64,000 nt of DNA, from NCBI GenBank assembly GCA_035637435.1, contig DASPXD010000149.1:26018-90017 (forward strand), in the 5' to 3' direction. Below the pieces are notes generated by a model. That model worked only from the letters and a program-made list of their open reading frames with translations. It was not told the DNA's origin and made no database searches. The position numbers and the translations under genes were made by a program. The DNA is from Gemmatimonadales bacterium. Lineage in GTDB: Bacteria > Gemmatimonadota > Gemmatimonadetes > Gemmatimonadales > GWC2-71-9. This document shows positions 47,461-57,619 of the stretch, in pieces (position 1 is the first letter of the stretch; the number at the start of each line of letters is the position of its first letter).

Positions 47461-48683
47461 TGGGGGGACGGGGGAAGGGGGACGGGGGAAGGGGGGAAGA
47501 CGATCGCAAACGTCGCTCCACCCCCCGGGGTCTCGCTTACGCTGATCGTGCCGCGATGGGCTTCGAGCGTGACGCGCACCAGCGCGAGGCCGAGGCCGGT
47601 GCCGTCGTCCTTCGTCGTGAAGTACGGCTCGAAGATGCGCTGGCGCAGATCGGCGGGGATGCCGGGGCCGTGGTCGGCGATCGTCACCGCCAGCCCGGCG
47701 CCGTCCCCGGTGACCATCACGTCGATCGCGCCGCGGCCGTTCATCGCCTCGGCGGCGTTGCGATAAAGATTCGCAAACGCGCCCCGCAGCGGCTCGTAAT
47801 GTCCCAACAGCGTGCGCGGTCCGCCGTTCGCCGTGACCCGGACGGCGACGTCGCTCGGCACTCCCGTGCGTCCCAGCTCTTCCAGCAGCTCGACGAGATC
47901 GACCTCGCTCTGCGGCCCCTCGGGCAGGCGACCAAACTCCGAGAACTCCTTGGCGAGGCGCTCCAGGCGGTCGGTTTCCGCCGCCATCACTTGCACCGCA
48001 ATGTCCTTCCGTCCTTCCGTCATTCCATCGTTCCGTCGCAGTTGGGCAACCGCGATCCGCATCGATGTCAATGGATTCTTGATTTCATGCGCCACGCGTC
48101 GGGCGACTTCGCGGAACGCGCGCAGCCGCTCGGCTTCCAGCTCGCGCTCGCGCGCGGCGGCGAGCGCCGCAGCCAGCTCGCGCAATGCCTGGCGCAGCGC
48201 CTCGAATTCGGGTGCACCGCGGCTGAGCGGCGCCCCCCGGAGAGGGAGCGGCTCGTGCCGCCGGATCAGCTGCGTCCAGCCGACCATCTCGTCGATCGGA
48301 CGCGAGAGCTGCCGTGACAAATGGCCGGCGAGATTCACCGCCGCATAGAGGACCGCGGCGCCGAACAGCACGATGACCAACGCGAAGCCGGCCGTGTAGT
48401 AGCGCAGGAACGTTTCGGCCCGGCGCGCGAAGCTCACCGATGCCGAGACTTCGTCGAGGTGATTGCGCAGCAACGCGCGCTCGCGAACGGTGAGATGCAG
48501 CGTGTCCACGCCCTCGAGCAGCGTGCGGGCGGTGATGGCGACGCGCTCCGTCGCGGCGCGGGCGCCTGCCGCCGGTAGGAGCCGGCGTACCGACAGGACC
48601 CACCCCGCGACGGCGACCACCGTCGGGACCGCGGTCATGACGACGAGGATGACGAAGATTCGCCGCCGGAAGGGAAGCGCCAT
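47457..48683 (-). CDS. Sensor histidine kinase (two TM helices, HAMP, HisKA, HATPase; NtrY-like)
   Basis: H-box AHEIKNPLTS, N-box YRNAAEA, and G-boxes DHGPGI and GTGLGLALV. Confidence 0.85.
47462..47499. repeat. (GGGGACG GGGGAAG)x2+ heptamer array at the kinase/response-regulator junction
   Basis: ggggacg ggggaag ggggacg ggggaag gggggaag on the plus strand. Its complement encodes the kinase tail PPSPVPLPPSPH. Confidence 0.9.
48003..48034. repeat. Four tandem octamers (GTCCTTCC-type) inside the kinase HisKA region
   Basis: gtccttcc gtccttcc gtcattcc atcgttcc. Encodes NDGMTEGRKD. Confidence 0.8.
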
Positions 48684-48766
48684 ATCCGGCCGAATCTAGG
48701 GAATTGGGCTGGCTGTGACAATTCGACACGGCCAAAAGACCGTACGACGCACGATCAGGAGCTCAC

Positions 48767-49186
48767 GTGAAATCTCACACGCACTACCTCTGGTTCAACA
48801 CGAAGCGGCGTCAGGAGATCATCGACATTACGGAGGACGTGGTGAGGGAGGTGGAGGTGAGCGAGGTGCGGGAAGGCCTTGTCCTGGTTAGCGCCATGCA
48901 CATCTCCGCGTCCGTGTTCGTGAACGACCACGAGTCGGGACTGTGGGAAGACATTCTGAAGTGGCTGGAAGGGACGATCGCGCCCTGGGATCCCCAGCGG
49001 TATCGGCACAACGAGACGGGCGAGGACAATGCGGCGGCACACCTGCGCAGCCTCACCATCGGCCATGAGGTCATCGTGCCGATTACTGCCGGCAAGCTGG
49101 ATTTCGGGCCGTGGCAGCGCGTGTTTTATGGCGAGTGGGACGGGCAGCGCAAGAAACGCGTGATCATTAAGGTACTAGGCGATTAG
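48767..49186 (+). CDS. YjbQ/UPF0047-family (secondary thiamine-phosphate synthase) protein
   Basis: 139 aa, with [17 protein letters not shown] and [18 protein letters not shown] blocks. Confidence 0.8.
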   Translation: MKSHTHYLWFNTKRRQEIIDITEDVVREVEVSEVREGLVLVSAMHISASVFVNDHESGLWEDILKWLEGTIAPWDPQRYRHNETGEDNAAAHLRSLTIGHEVIVPITAGKLDFGPWQRVFYGEWDGQRKKRVIIKVLGD

Positions 49187-49200
49187 GAGGTTCTTCCCGC

Positions 49201-49806
49201 ATGATCGCACCGCGCCCTGTGGTCCTCGAGGGACACGGCATTCGACTCGAGCCATTGACCGAGGAGCACAGCGACGCGCTCGCCGTGGCGGCAGGTGACG
49301 GCCGGCTGTGGGAGCTGTGGTTCGTCGCGGTGCCGCCGCCCGACGGCATGCGGGCCTACGTCGCCGACGCGCTGACAGGCCAGCGCGACGGCCACATGCT
49401 CCCCTGGGTCGTGCGCGACGTGTCGAGCGGAACAATCATGGGATCGACGCGCTACCACGATATCGCGCCGGCGATCGAACGCGTCGAAATCGGGCATACC
49501 TGGTACGGGCAAAGCCGGCAGCGCACTCACGTCAACACGACATGCAAGCTGCTGCTCTTGACTCACGCGTTTGAGAAACTCGGTTGCAAGGTCGTGGGGC
49601 TCAGGACGGACAACTTCAACTTTCGGTCGCAGCGGGCGATCGAAGCGCTGGGCGCCAAGAAAGACGGCGTGATTCGTCACTTCGGAACGCGCCGCGACGG
49701 CACCGTCCGTGATGTCGTGATGTACAGCATTCTGGCGACGGAATGGCGGGATGTGAAACGCTATCTCGAGCTGCGATTGCGCCGGCACCAACCAGAGGGT
49801 CAATGA
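49201..49806 (+). CDS. GNAT-family N-acetyltransferase (RimJ/RimL-like)
   Basis: LRLEPLTEEH N-terminus and acetyl-CoA region RSQRAIEALGAKKDGVIR. AGGAGG lies 9 nt upstream. Confidence 0.75.
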   Translation: MIAPRPVVLEGHGIRLEPLTEEHSDALAVAAGDGRLWELWFVAVPPPDGMRAYVADALTGQRDGHMLPWVVRDVSSGTIMGSTRYHDIAPAIERVEIGHTWYGQSRQRTHVNTTCKLLLLTHAFEKLGCKVVGLRTDNFNFRSQRAIEALGAKKDGVIRHFGTRRDGTVRDVVMYSILATEWRDVKRYLELRLRRHQPEGQ

Positions 49807-50180
49807 TTCGCCATCCGGCGTTTGCCGCTGTGTTGCTCGCGGCCGCGTGCAAGGCGACACAGCCCACGCCCCCCGATTACGTCGTGTCCTACAACCTGAC
49901 AGGAGCACCGCAGATCAGCTGCGATTCTGTGAAGTACAAGGACGCGGCAGGCACCGTCATCAAGGTCACCAGTCCCACGCTGCCGTGGTCGGTTGCTTAC
50001 GCTGCACCCGCCGGCACCTTCGTGGCGGGTACGGCATGGATGGCCGCGACGGGGAGTGCGCAGGCGGCAAAACTGAAAGTGACGTGGACCATTTCGGGCG
50101 TCAGCACGGCGAGCGACAGCAGCTTCGGCACCAGCACGGCAGCGGGGAAATTCACGCTGACCGTGGCTCACCAGTTGTAG
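49803..50180 (+). CDS. Hypothetical lipoprotein
   Basis: Lipobox AVLLAAAC. Its ATG overlaps the upstream stop (ATGA). Confidence 0.45.
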   Translation: MIRHPAFAAVLLAAACKATQPTPPDYVVSYNLTGAPQISCDSVKYKDAAGTVIKVTSPTLPWSVAYAAPAGTFVAGTAWMAATGSAQAAKLKVTWTISGVSTASDSSFGTSTAAGKFTLTVAHQL

Positions 50181-50200
50181 CGAACGACGTACATTAGGGC

Positions 50201-50650
50201 GTGCTTCGTACCGCCCTCGTCCTCGTATTCATCGGCACCGCACTTCCCGCCGCCGGCGCCGCGCAGCGCGCCTTCCTCGGCGCCGGCATCGTGCTCGGCG
50301 ATTTTTCATCGGAGCCCGATTTCGATCTCCATATCGACAGCCCGCCATGGCACGCGACACGCGCGGAGCTCACGCTGGCGTGGAGCGACCAGAGCGCCAA
50401 GCCGACCATCATCACCGAGGCGGAACGCTCGCTCATCGACACCAAGGCGCTCGCGGTCGACGTAGGAGCGGGGCTGTTGTGGTTCGACGCCAACGAGTAC
50501 CGGCCCTTTCCCGCCATCATCAGCACGATCGTCGTGCCACTGCCGATTCCGCGCACCGCGCTCGTCGCGATCCCCGATGTCCAGCCGTTTCAGGATTTCG
50601 AGTGGGCACTCGTCCTCAAGGTGAGCCTCACGCTCTGGTCCCGACGCTAG
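50201..50650 (+). CDS. Hypothetical secreted protein
   Basis: Signal peptide (LVLVFIGTALPAAGAAQ). No motif recognised. Confidence 0.35.
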   Translation: MLRTALVLVFIGTALPAAGAAQRAFLGAGIVLGDFSSEPDFDLHIDSPPWHATRAELTLAWSDQSAKPTIITEAERSLIDTKALAVDVGAGLLWFDANEYRPFPAIISTIVVPLPIPRTALVAIPDVQPFQDFEWALVLKVSLTLWSRR

Positions 50651-50653
50651 CCG

Positions 50654-52015
50654 ATGGACCGCCGGTTCGGCCTGGTGCACGCGACGGCGCTCAACATGAC
50701 GAACATGATCGGCATCGGGCCGTTCATCACGATCCCGCTGCTGATGTCCGCCCTCGGCGGCCCGCAGGCCATGCTTGGCTGGCTGGTCGCGCTGATCATC
50801 GTGCTGTGCGACGGCATGGTGTGGAGCGAGCTGGGCGCGGCGCTGCCGGGATCGGGCGGCTCATTCGGCTATCTGCGCCACGGCTACGGCGCCGACACGG
50901 TCGGGCGGCTGATGGGCTTTCTGTTCGTGTGGCAATTCGTGCTGAGCGGGCCGCTCGAGATCGCGTCCGGATACATCGGGTTCTCGCAGTACCTCGGCTA
51001 CATCTGGAAAGGGATCACGCCGCGCCAGACGATGCTCGTCGTGACGATCATCGGGGTGGTGAACGTGGCGCTGCTCTACCGGCGCATCAAATCCATCGCG
51101 ACGATCACACTGACCCTCTGGATCGGGACAATTCTCACCGTCATTGTCGTCATCCTGACGGGCGCGGGGCATTTCGACTCGCGCCTCGCCTTTGCCTTTC
51201 CGCCGGGCGCGTTCAACTTCTCGCTCGGCTTTTTCATCGGCCTCGGCGCCGCCGCGCGGATCGGGGTCTATGACTACCTCGGCTACTACGACGTCTGCTA
51301 CATCGGCGACGAAGTCGAGAATCCGGGCCGGGTGATCCCGCGGTCGATTCTGTTGAGCACCGTGGCGGTGGCGCTGATCTACATCGCCGTCAACTTCTCG
51401 ATCATCGGCGTCGTGCCGTGGCGGGACTTCGTTCCCGCGGCGGCGCACCCGCAGTCGAACTTCGTCGTCTCGATTTTCATGGAACGGATCTACGGCCCGC
51501 GCATCGCCGCCGTATTCACGGCGATGATTCTGTGGACCGCGTTCGGCTCGGTGTTCGCGCTGCTCCTCGGCTACTCGCGCGTGCCGTACGCCGCCGCCAA
51601 GGACGGCTACTTCTTCAAGGTGTTCGCCCGGCTGCACCCGACTCAAGGGTTTCCGTACGTCTCGCTCCTCGTGCTGGGCGTCCTGTCGGTCGTGGCCGGC
51701 TTCGCATCGCTGGGCACGGTCATCGATGCGCTGATTACCACGCGCATTCTCGTGCAGTTCATGGGCCAGATCGGCGCGGTCACCCTGCTGCGGCGGCGCG
51801 CGCCCGACATGCCGCGGCCTTATCGGATGTGGCTGTATCCGCTGCCGAGCCTGGTTGCGCTGCTCGGATGGATCTTCATCTTTGCTACGACGCCGCCCGT
51901 TGTCATTGCCTTCGGGCTCGGCGCGCTGCTGCTGGGTGTCGCGTGCTTCGGCGTGTGGTCGTGGAAGGGGAGAACATGGCCGTTCGTAGCTACTGCAGCG
52001 CCGCGTTTATCCTAG
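50654..52015 (+). CDS. APC-superfamily amino-acid permease
   Basis: About 12 TM helices and an NMIGIGPFITIPL N-terminal motif. Confidence 0.8.
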   Translation: MDRRFGLVHATALNMTNMIGIGPFITIPLLMSALGGPQAMLGWLVALIIVLCDGMVWSELGAALPGSGGSFGYLRHGYGADTVGRLMGFLFVWQFVLSGPLEIASGYIGFSQYLGYIWKGITPRQTMLVVTIIGVVNVALLYRRIKSIATITLTLWIGTILTVIVVILTGAGHFDSRLAFAFPPGAFNFSLGFFIGLGAAARIGVYDYLGYYDVCYIGDEVENPGRVIPRSILLSTVAVALIYIAVNFSIIGVVPWRDFVPAAAHPQSNFVVSIFMERIYGPRIAAVFTAMILWTAFGSVFALLLGYSRVPYAAAKDGYFFKVFARLHPTQGFPYVSLLVLGVLSVVAGFASLGTVIDALITTRILVQFMGQIGAVTLLRRRAPDMPRPYRMWLYPLPSLVALLGWIFIFATTPPVVIAFGLGALLLGVACFGVWSWKGRTWPFVATAAPRLS

Positions 52016-52341
52016 CCGCCTGCGCCGCCTGTCATCGGCCGACCGAGATGGCAGGCATGTACGTCGTGCAGGACGGCATGGGCTCGCTGTTCGCCTGTGA
52101 CGACCCCAAGAAGGTCGTGACCGTGCAGGATACGGCGCTCGCCGCGCGCTATCGCGCGCTCGCGGCGGGTCCCACCCAGCCGCTCTACGTCCGCGTCCGC
52201 GGCGTCGCGGGTCACGAAGGCAGCATTTACGGTGGCAGGCGTTACTTCTTCGTTCAGCAGATACTCGAGATCCGCGCGCGCAAGCGTGGCGAGTGCCCGC
52301 GCGTCGCGCAGCCGGCCTCACAGATGCTGGCTCCATCATGA
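51976..52341 (+). CDS. Hypothetical lipoprotein
   Basis: Lipobox AFILAACAAC. Its ATG lies inside the last 40 nt of the permease gene. Confidence 0.4.
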   Translation: MAVRSYCSAAFILAACAACHRPTEMAGMYVVQDGMGSLFACDDPKKVVTVQDTALAARYRALAAGPTQPLYVRVRGVAGHEGSIYGGRRYFFVQQILEIRARKRGECPRVAQPASQMLAPS

Positions 52342-52350
52342 GAGGGGTCC

Positions 52351-53088
52351 ATGATTCGCGATCTGAACCGGCGTGAGTTCCTGCTGACGACTGCCGCGCT
52401 CGCCGCGGCCACGCGCCTGCCGGCACAAGCACCTGCGGGGGGGCGGGGGGGGGCCGCGAAGGGAAGCGTCATTCTCTTTCAGGGCGACTCGATCACCGAC
52501 TGCGGCCGCAACCGCGAGTCCGCCGACCCGAACGCGGCGGGCGCGCTCGGCACCGGGTATCCGCTGCTCATTACCGCGGCCGTGCTGGCGGCGCACGCCG
52601 CGCGGGGTTTCAAGTTCTACAATCGCGGGATCAGCGGGAACAAGGTGCCCGACTTGCAACAGCGCTGGACGACGGATGCCATCGACCTCAAGCCCGACGT
52701 GCTGAGCATTCTGATCGGGGTCAACGATTTCTGGCATAAGCTCGACCATGGATACAACGGCACGGTGCAGGACTACGAGCAACAATACGGCGCGCTGCTC
52801 CAGACCACGCGCGACGCCCTGCCGCACGTGCATCTCATCGTGCTCGAGCCGTTCGTGCTGCGCACGGGTGCCGTCGATGCGCGCTGGTTCCCGGAATTCG
52901 ATCAGCGTCGCGCCGCGGCGGCGCGTGTCGCCGTGCGCGCCCGCGCGACGTTCGTTCCCTTGCAGGCGATCTTCAATCAGCGGACCCGGACGGCACCACC
53001 CGAGTACTGGGCGGCGGACGGCGTGCACCCGACGCCGGCGGGGCACGCGGTCATTGCCGAACAATGGCGTCGAGCAGCGAATCTCTAG
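52351..53088 (+). CDS. TAT-exported SGNH/GDSL hydrolase (esterase)
   Basis: Twin-arginine signal NRREFLL, block I GDSITD, block III GINDF, and block V DGVHPT. Confidence 0.75.
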   Translation: MIRDLNRREFLLTTAALAAATRLPAQAPAGGRGGAAKGSVILFQGDSITDCGRNRESADPNAAGALGTGYPLLITAAVLAAHAARGFKFYNRGISGNKVPDLQQRWTTDAIDLKPDVLSILIGVNDFWHKLDHGYNGTVQDYEQQYGALLQTTRDALPHVHLIVLEPFVLRTGAVDARWFPEFDQRRAAAARVAVRARATFVPLQAIFNQRTRTAPPEYWAADGVHPTPAGHAVIAEQWRRAANL

Positions 53089-53969
53089 TCGGCCGCGCGC
53101 GAGCCGCGCTGCTGATCGGCGCGGCCTTCGCGTGCGCATCGGGCACACCCACCGTCCCGCCGCCCGTCCCCCCCCCGCCGCCGCCTCCGTCTCCCCCTCC
53201 CAACCCGTGGACGCTGGTTTGGAGCGACGAATTCTCGGGCCCGGCGGGCACAGGTATCGACACGACTAGGTGGCGCTACGACACGGCCGACGGCTGCTCG
53301 CAGGGCAACTGCGGGTGGGGCAACAGCGAGAAGGAGTATTACCGCTCGGCGTCCGAGAACATCGCCCTGAACGGCGACGGACAGCTGGCGATCGTCGCGC
53401 GCACCGCGCCCCCCCCGGCTGGTTTAACGTGTTACTACGGAGCTTGTCGCTATACCTCGGCGAAGATCACGACGCGTGGCAAGGTCTCGGTCCTCCCGGG
53501 GCGCGTCGAGGCACGCATCAAGCTCGCCGCCGGGCAGGGACTCTGGCCGGCGTTCTGGATGCTCGGCGACAACATCGGGACGGTTGGCTGGCCGACCTCT
53601 GGCGAGCTCGACATCATGGAAAACCGTGGCAGCCAGTCGAGCATGACGAGCTCGGCCGTGCACGGCCCCGGCTACTCCGGCAACACGCCGTTCGCGCACC
53701 CCACCACGACCACCGCGACCGATTTCCACGTGTACGCCGTCGAGTGGGATGCCCAGTCGATCCGCTACTACGTGGACGGCCGGCTGCACTACGGCGTGTC
53801 GCGTGCCGCCGTCATGACGTACGGCATGTGGGTCTTCGACCAGACGTTCTTCATAATCCTCAATCAGGCGGTGGGCGGCCACTTCGACGGCGATCCGCAG
53901 TCGGACGCGATCTTCCCAGCAACGATGCTGGTCGACTATGTGCGCGTGTATCGATCCTCGGTGAGATGA
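53064..53969 (+). CDS. Glycoside hydrolase family 16 (beta-glucanase/laminarinase-like) lipoprotein
   Basis: Lipobox, Pro-rich linker, catalytic motif GELDIME, and WPAFWML. Confidence 0.85.
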   Translation: MASSSESLVGRARAALLIGAAFACASGTPTVPPPVPPPPPPPSPPPNPWTLVWSDEFSGPAGTGIDTTRWRYDTADGCSQGNCGWGNSEKEYYRSASENIALNGDGQLAIVARTAPPPAGLTCYYGACRYTSAKITTRGKVSVLPGRVEARIKLAAGQGLWPAFWMLGDNIGTVGWPTSGELDIMENRGSQSSMTSSAVHGPGYSGNTPFAHPTTTTATDFHVYAVEWDAQSIRYYVDGRLHYGVSRAAVMTYGMWVFDQTFFIILNQAVGGHFDGDPQSDAIFPATMLVDYVRVYRSSVR

Positions 53970-54000
53970 CGGCCGGACGGCCGGACGGCCCGACGGCCTG
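53969..54000. repeat. Four tandem octamers (ACGGCCnG) starting at the GH16 stop codon
   Basis: acggccgg acggccgg acggcccg acggcctg. Confidence 0.85.
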
Positions 54001-54023
54001 TGTTGATCGTCTTATGATATCGC

Positions 54024-54052
54024 TCGCCGAGACGTTCGGCGACGCGTATTTT
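54024..54052 (+). terminator. Candidate intrinsic terminator downstream of the GH16 gene
   Basis: Stem tcgccga / tcggcga (7 bp, 5-nt loop) followed by cgcgTATTTT. Confidence 0.4.
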
Positions 54053-54059
54053 AGCCAGT

Positions 54060-54908
54060 ATGAAACGACGCGACTTTATTCACACCATGGGCGCCGCAGC
54101 GGCGGGTGGAGTATTTGCCCGCGCGCCCTTCGGCGCTGCGAAGAAGCTGGATCACATCGGGCTCGAGACCTATGCGGTGCGTCACGCGATGGCACAGGAT
54201 CCCGACCGCACGCTCGCGGCGGTGCGCGCCATCGGCTACACCGACGTCGAGCTGCTCTGGTCGTTCAATCTGTTCGGCCGCACCCCCGCGCAAGTCGCCG
54301 CCACGCTCAAGAACGAAGGGCTGCGCGCGCCGTCGGCGCACATGTCGGCCGATACGATTTTCGTCGGTTGGGAGCGCAGCCTCGAAACGGCGAAGCTGCT
54401 CGGCCACCAGTATCTCTTCGTCCCTGATTTCGAAGACTGGACGAAGCAAACGCTCGACGACTGGCGCGAGTGGGCCGATCGCTTCAACGCCGCCGGCGCG
54501 GTCGCGCGGCGCGCCGGGATCTGGCTGGGGTTCCACAACGAGGCGTACCACCAAAAGCCGATCGACGGCCAGATCCCCTTCGATGTCTTCATCAACCGGC
54601 TCGATCCCTCCGTCACTCGGCTGCAGCTCGACGTCGGCAACATGCTGATCGGGGGCGGCGACCCCATGGGGTATCTCCAGAAGTATCCGGATCGCTTCTG
54701 GCTCTTCCATCTGAAAGACGCAGTGGCCGATCGCTCGCACGACACCGGCCTTGGCAAGGGCATGTTCGACTTCAAGCGCTTCCTGGCGGCGGTGCCGCAG
54801 CTCGAACAGAAGCCGGCCTACGTGGAGCAGGAATCGGCCAAAGACTCGGGCGGGGATCTGGCAGATGCCCGCGCGAACTTTGAATACCTGCACGCGCTGG
54901 AGTTCTGA
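54060..54908 (+). CDS. TAT-exported xylose-isomerase-like TIM-barrel protein (sugar phosphate isomerase/epimerase family)
   Basis: Twin-arginine signal KRRDFIH. Length of about 280 aa and pattern (GFHNE..., FHLKD) typical of the AP_endonuc_2 fold. Confidence 0.75.
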   Translation: MKRRDFIHTMGAAAAGGVFARAPFGAAKKLDHIGLETYAVRHAMAQDPDRTLAAVRAIGYTDVELLWSFNLFGRTPAQVAATLKNEGLRAPSAHMSADTIFVGWERSLETAKLLGHQYLFVPDFEDWTKQTLDDWREWADRFNAAGAVARRAGIWLGFHNEAYHQKPIDGQIPFDVFINRLDPSVTRLQLDVGNMLIGGGDPMGYLQKYPDRFWLFHLKDAVADRSHDTGLGKGMFDFKRFLAAVPQLEQKPAYVEQESAKDSGGDLADARANFEYLHALEF

Positions 54909-54916
54909 GACGGCGG

Positions 54917-55816
54917 ATGGTGCTCTTCCTGGTTGCCCTCGTCGCGCAGGACACCACCACCCGCAGCGTTCTGAAAACGGTCGACATCTCGACCGATAAA
55001 ATCGAAACCGTCTACAGCGCCGACCGGCGTTTCGAAGCCCCCAACTGGTCCCGTGACGGTCGCTACTTCCTGATCAACAGCGAGGGGCGGCTGTATCGCC
55101 TCAGCGCCGGAGCGCGTCAGCTCGCCGAGCTCCCGGTTGACCTCGCCACGCCGCGCATCAACAACGATCACGGCATCTCGCCCGATGGGAAATCACTCGT
55201 GATCAGCAACGAGCCCACGGAAGACTGGCACAGCTCGAGCGTCTACGTCCTCCCGATCGGCGGTGGCACGCCGAAACGGATCACGACGAAGGCGCCGAGC
55301 TTCTGGCATGGATGGTCACCGGACGGCAAGACGTTGGCGTTCGTCGGCCGCCGCGATGAGGAGTTCGACATTTACACGATCCCCGTGGACGGCGGCGACG
55401 AACGGCGCATCACGACGTGCAAAGGGCTCGACGACGGACCGGACTATTCTCCCGACGGCGCCTTCATCTACTACAACTCCTTCTGCAGCGGCCGCATGCA
55501 GATCTGGCGCATGCGGCCGGACGGCAGCCAGCCTGAGCAGCTGACCAACGACGCGTACGCGAACTGGTTTCCCCATCCGTCGCCTGACGGACGCTGGCTG
55601 GTGTTCCTCTCGTTCATCGAAGATCAGGGACAGGATCATCCGTTCGGCCGACAAGTGAAACTGCGGCTGATGGATCTGCGCGATCGCTCGGCGCGCGATC
55701 TGACGCCCGAATTCTTCGGGGGGCAGGGAACGATCAACGTTCCAAGTTGGTCTCCGGACAGCCGGCGCGTAGCGTTCGTCTCCTACGAACGGCATGTTAC
55801 TACCCACGATCATTAA
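54917..55816 (+). CDS. TolB-like beta-propeller (PD40 repeat) protein
   Basis: Repeated SPDG motifs ([40 protein letters not shown]). Confidence 0.7.
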   Translation: MVLFLVALVAQDTTTRSVLKTVDISTDKIETVYSADRRFEAPNWSRDGRYFLINSEGRLYRLSAGARQLAELPVDLATPRINNDHGISPDGKSLVISNEPTEDWHSSSVYVLPIGGGTPKRITTKAPSFWHGWSPDGKTLAFVGRRDEEFDIYTIPVDGGDERRITTCKGLDDGPDYSPDGAFIYYNSFCSGRMQIWRMRPDGSQPEQLTNDAYANWFPHPSPDGRWLVFLSFIEDQGQDHPFGRQVKLRLMDLRDRSARDLTPEFFGGQGTINVPSWSPDSRRVAFVSYERHVTTHDH

Positions 55817-55825
55817 GGAACGCGC

Positions 55826-57619
55826 ATGACTCTGATCCGCTTCAAAGCTTCCCAAGAACAGGACGTCGACCTACGCCGTACCTACGATGCCGTCGTCGTA
55901 GGCTCCGGCGCGGCGGGCGGCATGGCTGCCCATGTCCTCACAGCGCAGGGGATGAAGGTGCTGCTGCTCGAAGCGGGGAAGAAGATCCCGATCGAGCAGG
56001 AGCTCAGGTCGATGGAGTGGCCCTATGACCATCCGCGCCGCGGAGAAGCGCCGCCCGGCGATCATGCCATCCGTTACAACGAATACACGGTGCGGCAGCC
56101 CCCCTACGCAAAAGGTTCGGCGTTCAAGCACGTGTTCTCGTACGTGGGCGGCTGGGGTGGATCGGACTACGTCAAGAACATTCTGGTGGACGAGAAAGAC
56201 CACCCGTACACGGGTACGCGCTACGCCTGGGTGCGCGCGCGACTCTTGGGTGGCAAGACGAACATCTGGGGCCGCCTCGCGCTCCGCCTCTCTGACTACG
56301 ACTTCAAGGGCAAGACGCACGACGGCTATGGGGAAGACTGGCCGATCTCCTACGCCGATCTCGAGCCGTACTACGACAAGGTGGACCTGTACCTCGGCAT
56401 CTCCGGCCACAAGGAGAACCTGCCGCATCTCCCCGACAGCTTGTTCCAACGCCCCAACAAGCTGACCGCCGCCGAGGTGAAGCTGCGCCAGAGTCTCAAG
56501 CAAATGGGGCGGACGCTGACGCCGTATCGCGCCGGCGTCACGACGGACGGTGTGAAAAACAAGTACCGCAGCAAGTGCTTCGGGCGCGGCGCGTGCGGCC
56601 GGCGCCCCGGTGGCTGCGACATCCACGCCGCATTCGATTCGCCGACCGGGCTGATCTACCCCGCGATGGACACCGGCAACCTCACGCTGCGCACCAATGC
56701 GATCGCGCATGAGGTGCTGGTGGACCCGAAGACCGGCAAGGCGCGTGGGATTTCGTTCGTCGATGCGCAGAATCACAAGACCTACGAGGCGAAAGCTCGT
56801 GTGGTCATCCTCGCGGCGTCGACACTGGAGAGTGCCAGGTTGTTGTTGTTGTCGAAATCGCGCCAATACCCGAACGGCATCGGCAACTCGAGCGGGCACG
56901 TGGGTCACAACTTCTGCGAACACGTGATGGGGCCGGGCGTGACTGGGCTGGTCAAGGAGCTTGTGGGCGGCGCTGAGCCGACGCTGGACGACGGCAAACC
57001 CGGCGGCTTCTACGTGGCGCGGTTCCGTAATCTCGGGGACAAGCAGCCCGGCTTCATCCGCGGCTACGGGTTCGAGGGCGGATCCGGCTTCTCGATCTTC
57101 CCCGACAGCGCGTGGAATACGCCGGGGTTCGGCGGCCAGTTCAAGAAGTCGGTCCGCGATCACGCCGCCGCCTTCATCAGTCTGGGCGGCTTCGGTGAGG
57201 TGCTCGCGCGCTACGAGAACTACGTGGACTTAGATCCCGCGGTGAAGGATGCCTGGGGAATTCCGGTGCTGCGTTTCCATTATCAGTTCGGCGACAACGA
57301 GAAGAAGATGTGCGAGGACATGGCGAACGCCGGCAAGGAAATGTTGGAGGCCGCAGGCATCGAAGTGATCGGTGTCGACAAGAATATTCTCACCGAAGGA
57401 TGGTCCATCCACGAGCTGGGCACGGCGCGGATGGGCAATGATCCCAAGACGTCGGTCCTGAACCAGTTCCAGCAGTCGCACGACGTCAAGAATCTGTTCG
57501 TGGTGGACGGCTCGAGTCACGTGAGCGCGTCCTGCCAGAATCCGACGTGGACGATCATGGCGCTCGCCTGGCGGTCGTGCGAGCACCTGGCGGACGAATT
57601 CAAGCGGGGGAACGTATGA
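55826..57619 (+). CDS. GMC-family FAD oxidoreductase (gluconate 2-dehydrogenase flavoprotein-like large subunit)
   Basis: FAD motif DAVVVGSGAAGG and a C-terminal GMC block (HELGTARMG...VVDGS). No signal peptide of its own. Confidence 0.88.
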   Translation: MTLIRFKASQEQDVDLRRTYDAVVVGSGAAGGMAAHVLTAQGMKVLLLEAGKKIPIEQELRSMEWPYDHPRRGEAPPGDHAIRYNEYTVRQPPYAKGSAFKHVFSYVGGWGGSDYVKNILVDEKDHPYTGTRYAWVRARLLGGKTNIWGRLALRLSDYDFKGKTHDGYGEDWPISYADLEPYYDKVDLYLGISGHKENLPHLPDSLFQRPNKLTAAEVKLRQSLKQMGRTLTPYRAGVTTDGVKNKYRSKCFGRGACGRRPGGCDIHAAFDSPTGLIYPAMDTGNLTLRTNAIAHEVLVDPKTGKARGISFVDAQNHKTYEAKARVVILAASTLESARLLLLSKSRQYPNGIGNSSGHVGHNFCEHVMGPGVTGLVKELVGGAEPTLDDGKPGGFYVARFRNLGDKQPGFIRGYGFEGGSGFSIFPDSAWNTPGFGGQFKKSVRDHAAAFISLGGFGEVLARYENYVDLDPAVKDAWGIPVLRFHYQFGDNEKKMCEDMANAGKEMLEAAGIEVIGVDKNILTEGWSIHELGTARMGNDPKTSVLNQFQQSHDVKNLFVVDGSSHVSASCQNPTWTIMALAWRSCEHLADEFKRGNV

